Shown here: piece by piece, positions 57,934 to 64,000 of the stretch
How positions within the stretch are numbered: position 1 is the first letter of the stretch
Layout: each line of letters starts with the position of its first letter
Position numbers and translations under genes: made by a program
The notes under the pieces: model-generated
What the model was told of the DNA's origin: nothing
The model's database searches: none
Seen by the model: the letters and a program-made list of their open reading frames with translations, nothing else
From: Gammaproteobacteria bacterium
Lineage (GTDB): Bacteria > Pseudomonadota > Gammaproteobacteria > Pseudomonadales > CAMLJR01
Assembly (NCBI GenBank): GCA_029265075.1
Contig: JAJUJZ010000002.1
Span: forward strand, 207-64,206
Length of the DNA stretch: 64,000 nt
Direction: 5' to 3'

Positions 57934-58698
57934 TCAGCCGGCTGCGCGCCCGGTCGGCTTCGCCACCGGCAGCGCTACCAGCCGTGGCCGCCCTTTGGTC
58001 CAGCGTGGCTTCAGAGGAATGCCTGCGGCCACTTCTTTGCGGGCGGACAGCAGATAAATCCCGCCCAGGGGCCAGTAATCTCGCCACAGCGGCCCCTCAT
58101 CCGCTGCCGGCTGGCGCGCCGTGCGATGCAACGGCAGCTGCGAAAACCCGTACTCCACCCGCTCGCAGCCGAACCCCAGCAGCGCCAGCCAGTCGCGTAG
58201 CCGGGGGACCGTCAGACTATGCCGCTGCCACGCCACACTCCGCCCAAAGTCCGCGGCGAGCCTGAGCCGTGCGCCCAGCAGCGACCAGGGGTTGAAACCC
58301 ATCAGCAGCAGCCGCCCGTGCGGAACGAGCACCCTGTGCAGCTCGCGCAGTACCGCATGAGGGCTGACGCAGAACTCCAGACTGTGGTGCACGATCACAA
58401 CATCCAGACTGTCACAGTCAAAAGGCAAGGACTGGTAGTCGCACTGGATAAAAGGCTGACCATCGGCCCGGAATACCGGTCCCGCCCTGAAGCAGCGCTG
58501 AACCCGGCTGCCGTCAAACAGCGTCAGCGAATCGTCCACGCTCAGCTGCAGCAGGTGGTAGCCGAAACATTCGTCCAGCTGTCGCATCAGCAGCCGCCGC
58601 TCGGCAGCAAGCACAGCAGCACCCAGCGGCGTGGTGAACCAGTCCTGCAGGGCGCGCGCCGAAACCGCGGCGGATGGTACTTTTCTCCAGGCTGACAT
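57934..58698 (-). CDS. Class I SAM-dependent methyltransferase (Methyltransf_11-like)
   Basis: The track ORF extends to 58992, but that part overlaps gloB antisense. The ATG at 58698 follows GGAGGTG. DSLDVVIVHHSLEFCVSPHAVLRELHRVLVPHGRLLLMGFNP is the typical post-motif region. It is divergent from gloB, as in pseudomonads. Confidence 0.75.
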   Translation of the reverse strand: MSAWRKVPSAAVSARALQDWFTTPLGAAVLAAERRLLMRQLDECFGYHLLQLSVDDSLTLFDGSRVQRCFRAGPVFRADGQPFIQCDYQSLPFDCDSLDVVIVHHSLEFCVSPHAVLRELHRVLVPHGRLLLMGFNPWSLLGARLRLAADFGRSVAWQRHSLTVPRLRDWLALLGFGCERVEYGFSQLPLHRTARQPAADEGPLWRDYWPLGGIYLLSARKEVAAGIPLKPRWTKGRPRLVALPVAKPTGRAAG

Positions 58699-58821
58699 AG
58701 CCGACTGATCACCTCCGGCATTGACGGTCGGCAAGGCGGCTATAGTACCCTCTCGCCGGGACATTCCCAACGACCATCCAGTCAAACTACTGCAGCAAGA
58801 TATATGAGGAGAGGCCCGACC

Positions 58822-59586
58822 ATGAATATCGAGCCGATTGCCGCCTTCCGTGACAACTACATCTGGGCCATCAGGGAGGGTGCTCGAGCCATTGTGGTCG
58901 ACCCCGGCGATGCCGAGCCCGTACTCGAATGGTGTCGCCGCAACGGTGTCACGATTGAAGGCATCTGGGTGACGCACCACCACCCCGACCACGTCGGTGG
59001 CGTCGCGCGCCTGCAGGAACTGTTTCCCGAGCTAAGTGTAGCCGGCCCGCAGGGCGGCCGGTTCGAAGGTATCGACCAGGGGCTCGTTGACGGGGACACC
59101 ATTGCCGCCTTTGGTCACCGCTTTCAGGTGCTGAGCGTACCGGGCCATACGCTGGATCACATCGCCTACTTCTGTGACACACTGACGCCACCGGTGCTGT
59201 TCTGTGGTGACACTCTGTTTGCGGGCGGGTGCGGCCGGGTCTTCGAAGGTACGCACGAGCAGATGCAACAGAGTCTGGACCGGCTGCGTTCGCTGCCCGC
59301 GAACACGCTGGTCTACTGCGCTCACGAATATACTGCCGCGAACCTGCGTTTTGCGGCCGCAATCGAGCCGGACAACGCCGCGCTGCAGGCGCGCATCCAG
59401 GAAGTGGCGGCGGCGCGGGCCGCTGGTGAGCCGACGGTGCCGACCACAGTGGAGCGCGAGCTGGCCACCAACCCGTTCCTGCGCTGGGACCAGCCAGCGG
59501 TGGTCGCCGCCGCGGCAGAGCGTGGCGCGGGTCGCGAGCCGGTTGAGGTGTTCGCCACGATTCGGCTCTGGAAAGATCAGTTCTGA
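58822..59586 (+). CDS. gloB: Hydroxyacylglutathione hydrolase (glyoxalase II)
   Basis: ATG at 58822 after GAGGAGAGG. MNIEPIAAFRDNYIW, metallo-beta-lactamase motif THHHPDHVGG, CAHEYT. Confidence 0.95.
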   Translation: MNIEPIAAFRDNYIWAIREGARAIVVDPGDAEPVLEWCRRNGVTIEGIWVTHHHPDHVGGVARLQELFPELSVAGPQGGRFEGIDQGLVDGDTIAAFGHRFQVLSVPGHTLDHIAYFCDTLTPPVLFCGDTLFAGGCGRVFEGTHEQMQQSLDRLRSLPANTLVYCAHEYTAANLRFAAAIEPDNAALQARIQEVAAARAAGEPTVPTTVERELATNPFLRWDQPAVVAAAAERGAGREPVEVFATIRLWKDQF

Positions 59587-59653
59587 TGACTCTGCTTTGA
59601 CGATTCTCGCGCTGGCTCATACACTTGCGCCATTTGAGCCAGCGAGCGGATCG

Positions 59654-61279
59654 ATGCAGCCCTCTTTTCCACCCCGACTGACTCGTCACCGGTGTTCTTT
59701 TTTCTCAGCGCTGCTGCTTCTGTTTGCACTGGTCCTCGCCGGCTGTTCGACTTCCGATGAGCGGCCGCCGGAAAGCGGCGTCAGCACATCGGGCAGCAAC
59801 GGCAGCGCACTTCCGGGCGACACCGACGCCTGGTTCGAAGACGACACCGACAGCACACCGCGCGCGCAGGCCAAAGTGCCCTTTCCCCTGGAACACGACA
59901 CGGTCTGGCCGCGGTTGCGCAACGGCCTGCAGCTGACGCAGTACCGCCACCAGTGGATCGACCAGGAGCTGACCTGGTACCGGCAGCATCCGGCCTATCT
60001 CTACCGCACTACCACGCGCGCCCAGCGCTATCTGCACCATGTGCTCAGCGAGGTTGAGCAGCGCGGCATGCCCAGCGAGCTGGCGCTGCTGCCCCTGGTG
60101 GAAAGTGGTTACAACCCCTTCGCCTATTCACGCAGTGGTGCCGCCGGCGCCTGGCAGTTCATGCCGCCCACCGCCGACCGTTTCAATCTGCGCCGCAACT
60201 GGTGGTATGACGGGCGCAAGGATGTGGTCGCCTCGACCGCTGCCGCGCTCGACTATCTGCAATACCTGCACAACAAGTTCGACGACTGGCTACTTGCCGT
60301 CGCGGCTTACAACTTCGGCGAAGGCAGCATCCAGCGTGCCATCAACGCCAACCGGGAACGCGGGAAGCCAACCGACTTCTGGCATCTCACCCTGCGCGCC
60401 GAGACTCGCGCCTATGTGCCCAAGCTGCTGGCGCTCGGCCGGCTGGTCCAGGAGCCACAGCGCTACGGCGTCAGTTTCTACCCGATTCCTGACCGCCCCT
60501 ACTTCACCATTGTCACGGCGGAAGGTCAGATCGACCTTTCCCGGGCCTCGGCGCTGGCGGGTCTCAGCGCCGACGAAATCTTTCGCCTCAACGCTGGTTA
60601 CACCCACGGGGTAACCGACCCCGGCGCCAGTCATCAGCTGGCGGTGCCGGTCGAAGCAGCAGCCCGCTTCCGGCGCGAGCTGCCTAAAGCGCTCGACACC
60701 ACCATCGCCAGCGCGCAGCGTTATACCGTGGTCAAGGGCGATACGCTGAGCGCCATCGGCCGCCGCTTCAAGGTCCCAGTATCGGCATTGCAGGCTGCCA
60801 ACGGGCTCGATTCAGCGAGTATCCGGATTGGTCAGCAGCTCATTATCCCGGGTGGTACACCCGCCGCGGTAGCGAACCTGACGCCGCCGGCCAACGCGCG
60901 CCAGGTGCTGCATACGGTCAAAGCCGGTGAAGTGCTGTGGCGTATCGCCCGCCAGTACGGCGTCACGCCGCAGGAAATCCAGCGCTGGAATGGTCTGGAT
61001 CCCGACGACGGGCTGCGTGCCGGCGAGCGCCTCAGCATCTGGACCCGGCACGGCACCGCGGTGGCAGCGACTGTCGCGACGAACACGCCGGTAGCAGACA
61101 CCAGTGGCAACCACAAAGTCGGATATACCGTGCGGCCGGGCGATTCGCTCTATGCCATCGCGACCCGCTTCAAGGTGGGTGTGGAAGACATTGTTCGCTG
61201 GAACCGGGTCAACAGTCATATGCTGTTTCCCGGACAGAAGCTGACGCTCTATGTGGCGCCGGGCACTAAGCTCAATTGA
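59654..61279 (+). CDS. mltD: Membrane-bound lytic murein transglycosylase D with three LysM domains
   Basis: The ATG at 59654 gives the lipoprotein signal ...LLLFALVLAGCS. SLT domain LLPLVESGYNPFAYSRSGAAGAWQFMP. Three LysM repeats (YTVVKGDTLSAIGRRF, HTVKAGEVLWRIARQY, YTVRPGDSLYAIATRF). The upstream part of the track ORF overlaps gloB and is discarded. Confidence 0.92.
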   Translation: MQPSFPPRLTRHRCSFFSALLLLFALVLAGCSTSDERPPESGVSTSGSNGSALPGDTDAWFEDDTDSTPRAQAKVPFPLEHDTVWPRLRNGLQLTQYRHQWIDQELTWYRQHPAYLYRTTTRAQRYLHHVLSEVEQRGMPSELALLPLVESGYNPFAYSRSGAAGAWQFMPPTADRFNLRRNWWYDGRKDVVASTAAALDYLQYLHNKFDDWLLAVAAYNFGEGSIQRAINANRERGKPTDFWHLTLRAETRAYVPKLLALGRLVQEPQRYGVSFYPIPDRPYFTIVTAEGQIDLSRASALAGLSADEIFRLNAGYTHGVTDPGASHQLAVPVEAAARFRRELPKALDTTIASAQRYTVVKGDTLSAIGRRFKVPVSALQAANGLDSASIRIGQQLIIPGGTPAAVANLTPPANARQVLHTVKAGEVLWRIARQYGVTPQEIQRWNGLDPDDGLRAGERLSIWTRHGTAVAATVATNTPVADTSGNHKVGYTVRPGDSLYAIATRFKVGVEDIVRWNRVNSHMLFPGQKLTLYVAPGTKLN

Positions 61280-61386
61280 ACGCGTGGCCTGCCGTCACCG
61301 GCCCGGCGCTGCAGCGTCCGCTGCCTCCCCTTTCCGGCATCGCGCCATCTTGCTACCGTAGCCGGTCCTGATCCGGATAGAGCCCG

Positions 61387-62409
61387 ATGACAGCCTATTT
61401 CATACGGCGCCTGCTGCTGGTCATTCCGACATTCATTGGCATCACGCTGCTGGTGTTTGCCGTCACCCGGGTGGTGCCGGGCGGTCCCATCGAGCGACTC
61501 ATTCAGCAGAATGTGATGCAGGCAGCCGGCAGCAGCGCGGCCGCCACGCGCACCGGCCATACGCTTTCGGCCGAACAGCTCGCCCAGCTCGAAGCCTATT
61601 ACGGCTTCGACCAGCCGACGCTGGTGGCTTACGGACGCTGGCTCTGGCGGGTGCTGCAGTTCGATCTGGGCAACTCCAGCCGCTACCAGGACCCGGTCTG
61701 GAATCTGGTCAGGGAACGCTTTCCAATATCGATTTTCTACGGTGCCACCACACTGGTGATCACCTATCTCGTATGCATTCCACTGGGGATTGCGAAGGCG
61801 GTGCGCCATGGCTCAAGGCTGGACCACGTGTCGTCCGCACTCGTGTTTCTGGGCTACGCGGTGCCAAGTTATGTGGTCGGCATCGGGTTGCTGACAGTAT
61901 TTGCCTCCTGGCTGGACTGGGCGCCGCTCGGCGGGTTCATCAGCGATGACTTTGAGCAGCTGTCGACCGGCGGCAAGATCATTGATGTCATTCACCACGC
62001 CACCCTGCCCCTGATTGCCTACCTCTCGGGCGCGTTTGCCCTCACCACGCTGATGATGAAAAACGCGCTGATGGACAACCTGTCCGCCGACTACATGCGC
62101 ACCGCGATGGCCAAAGGCAACAGCTTCCGCAGAGCGGTGCTGCGCCACGGTTTCCGCAACAGCCTGATTCCCATTGCGACCTCGTTTGGCAACAACATCT
62201 CGCTGGTGCTGGGCGGCTCCTTCCTGATCGAGATCATCTTTAACATCGACGGCATCGGGCTGCTCGGCTACGAGTCACTGCTGGAGCGCGACTACCCGGT
62301 CGTCATGGGCATTCTGGTGATCAGCTCACTGCTCTACCTGATCGGCAACATTCTTTCCGATCTCTGCGTGGCGCTGGTCGATCCACGTATCCGGTTCGGG
62401 GCGTCATGA
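61387..62409 (+). CDS. yejB: Peptide/microcin C-type ABC transporter permease (YejB-like)
   Basis: 340 aa. MTAYFIRRLLLVIPTFIGITLLVFAVTR is a typical DppB/OppB/YejB N-terminus. EAA region SADYMRTAMAKGNSFRRAVLRHGFRNSLIP. Confidence 0.85.
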   Translation: MTAYFIRRLLLVIPTFIGITLLVFAVTRVVPGGPIERLIQQNVMQAAGSSAAATRTGHTLSAEQLAQLEAYYGFDQPTLVAYGRWLWRVLQFDLGNSSRYQDPVWNLVRERFPISIFYGATTLVITYLVCIPLGIAKAVRHGSRLDHVSSALVFLGYAVPSYVVGIGLLTVFASWLDWAPLGGFISDDFEQLSTGGKIIDVIHHATLPLIAYLSGAFALTTLMMKNALMDNLSADYMRTAMAKGNSFRRAVLRHGFRNSLIPIATSFGNNISLVLGGSFLIEIIFNIDGIGLLGYESLLERDYPVVMGILVISSLLYLIGNILSDLCVALVDPRIRFGAS

Positions 62410-63464
62410 CCATGGCTCTGCTGCGTCTCAACCCTATCACCCGCCGCCGCTGGCAGCGGTTTCGTGAAATCCGTCGCGGCTACTGTTCCGCCTGGCTGTT
62501 CGGCCTGCTGATCCTGCTCAGTCTGTGCGCGGAGCTGCTGGTCAATCACCGCGCCATCGTGGTCCATTACGAGGGCCAGTGGTTCTTTCCCACCTACACT
62601 CAGGTGCTGCCGGGTACCACCTTTGGCCTCGATTACAGCTACGAGACCGATTACAAGGCGCTGGCGCGGCAGTTTGCCGAGGACGACAGCGGTAACTGGG
62701 TGCTGCTGCCACCGGTGCCGTACAGCCCTTATGAGACCGACCTGGAAAGCGACGAATTTCCGCCTTTGCCACCGTCGCTGAGCAGCGGTCATCTGCTGGG
62801 CACCGACACTACGGGACGCGATGTACTGGCGCGTCTGCTGTATGGTTTCCGCATCGCCATCGCTTTCTCGCTGCTGCTGCTCGCCTTCGAGTACGTCATC
62901 GGCGTCTGCATCGGCTGCCTGATGGGATTTCTCGGTGGTGCCTTCGACCTGATATTGCAGCGCCTGATCGAGATCTGGTCGAACGTACCGTTTCTCTACG
63001 TCATCATGATTGTGGCATCGGTAGTGACGCCCAGCTTCTGGTCACTGCTGCTGATCATGATCGCGTTCGGCTGGACCGGCATGACCTGGTATATGCGTAC
63101 GGCTACCTACAAGGAGAACGCCCGTGACTATGTCACCGCGGCGCGTGCGGTCGGTGCCAGCGGCAGACGCATTGTGTTTCGTCACATCCTGCCCAACACC
63201 GTATCGACCATCGTGACATTCATTCCCTTTTCCATCACGGCCGGCATCACCGCCCTCACCGCGCTCGATTACCTTGGTTTCGGGCTGCCGCCACCCACGC
63301 CGAGCTGGGGCGAGCTGCTCAAGCAAGGTACCGACAACCTCGAATCACCATGGATTGTCGGCAGCGTGGTGATCGCGATGACGACGGTGCTGCTGCTGGC
63401 CACCTTTATCGGTGAAGCGATCCGCGAAGCATTCGACCCAAGGGTTTTCCAGCGCTATGAGTGA
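62406..63464 (+). CDS. yejE: Peptide/microcin C-type ABC transporter permease (YejE-like)
   Basis: 352 aa. HLLGTDTTGRDVLARLLYG and EAA region ARDYVTAARAVGASGRRIVFRHILPN. Overlaps the yejB stop by 4 nt. Confidence 0.85.
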   Translation: MTMALLRLNPITRRRWQRFREIRRGYCSAWLFGLLILLSLCAELLVNHRAIVVHYEGQWFFPTYTQVLPGTTFGLDYSYETDYKALARQFAEDDSGNWVLLPPVPYSPYETDLESDEFPPLPPSLSSGHLLGTDTTGRDVLARLLYGFRIAIAFSLLLLAFEYVIGVCIGCLMGFLGGAFDLILQRLIEIWSNVPFLYVIMIVASVVTPSFWSLLLIMIAFGWTGMTWYMRTATYKENARDYVTAARAVGASGRRIVFRHILPNTVSTIVTFIPFSITAGITALTALDYLGFGLPPPTPSWGELLKQGTDNLESPWIVGSVVIAMTTVLLLATFIGEAIREAFDPRVFQRYE

Positions 63465-64000
63465 CGCTCGACTGCGACTGAACTGGCTTGCCAGCGTGTT
63501 GCTGTGGGCGCTGCTGCCGGCAGCCATGGCAGCAGAGACGCCACTACCGGAGACCGAGCAGGCTGCTGCTGTCACCGGGGATGTGGCCGCACCCGCCCTA
63601 CCGGAAGGACTCGAATGGCAGACCAATCTCACCGATCCGATCTATGGCGATCCCAATGCCAGACGTGGCGGCCGCTTTCGCACCTATGTCACCAGCTTTC
63701 CGCTGACGCTGAGACTGGTCGGACCCGACGCTAACTCCGGATTCGCCAGCTTTCTGCGTGCCAATAATCTCGGGCTGATCAACTTCCATCCCGACACACT
63801 CAATCCGATTCCGGAGCTGGCTACACACTGGGCGTTCGGGCCGGATCGCAAGAGCGTCTACTTCAGACTTGACCCCGATGCCCGCTGGTCGGATGGCACG
63901 CCGGTCACTGCGGACGACTACCTTTTCACCATGGAGTTCATGCAGTCCCGGTACATCCTTGAGCCGTGGTACAACAACTACTACAGCGAAATTGTCACGC
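63457..64000 (+). CDS. Extracellular solute-binding protein, family 5 (YejA-like); 3' end outside the window
   Basis: Missing from the track because it runs off the right edge. The ATG at 63457 overlaps the yejE stop. MSDARLRLNWLASVLLWALLPAAMAAE is a signal peptide. It continues RGGRFRTYVTSFPLTLRLVGPDANS...ATHWAFGPDRKSVYFRLDPDARWSDGTPVTADD, typical of peptide-type SBPs. Confidence 0.75.
   Translation, partial: MSDARLRLNWLASVLLWALLPAAMAAETPLPETEQAAAVTGDVAAPALPEGLEWQTNLTDPIYGDPNARRGGRFRTYVTSFPLTLRLVGPDANSGFASFLRANNLGLINFHPDTLNPIPELATHWAFGPDRKSVYFRLDPDARWSDGTPVTADDYLFTMEFMQSRYILEPWYNNYYSEIVT

Noticed and set aside
58699-58992. The N-terminal 98-codon extension of the methyltransferase ORF, and the 59204-59653 extension of the mltD ORF.
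   Set aside because: Both extensions overlap gloB. The internal ATGs have good Shine-Dalgarno sequences and give sensible N-termini, including a lipoprotein signal for MltD.

Overview
High-GC gammaproteobacterial chromosomal segment of about 60 tightly packed genes. I found no rRNA, tRNA, CRISPR array, transposase or integrase, so it reads as core genome rather than an island. Gene order, left to right:
(1) 1-8213, minus strand: a six-gene operon of TonB-dependent receptor, signal-less DszB-like binding-fold protein, class II aldolase, SsuD-family flavin monooxygenase, fused ABC permease and ABC ATPase.
(2) SIMPL protein, gloA, CsaA-like tRNA-binding protein, and cydAB/cioAB plus an untracked 44-codon DUF2474-like ORF.
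(3) ligA-zipA-smc.
(4) A complete ccmABCDEFGHI cytochrome c maturation cluster.
(5) A FliK-like plus FlhB-C-terminal-like pair with no other flagellar genes nearby.
(6) LOG-family gene, lexA (two SOS boxes), sulA, dgkA, an MscS-family channel, ycjX-ycjF, a secreted AstE/AspA-family protein with long acidic tails, and a LysR regulator.
(7) A type II secretion locus: gspEFGHIJKLM fused to gspAB on the minus strand, divergent gspC-gspD, and a second full-length gspD paralog at the far end.
(8) sohB, a FimL-like gene, dnaQ, rnhA, a methyltransferase, gloB, mltD and a yejB/yejE-type peptide ABC importer. As I recall, this last block matches the P. aeruginosa PA1812-PA1822 neighbourhood.
The strongest candidates for something new are the TonB-dependent SsuD-like/DszB-like putative organosulfur cluster, the two-secretin T2SS architecture, and the orphan FliK-like/FlhB-CC-like pair. 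All function calls rest on motif recognition by eye and on remembered family knowledge; no searches were run.
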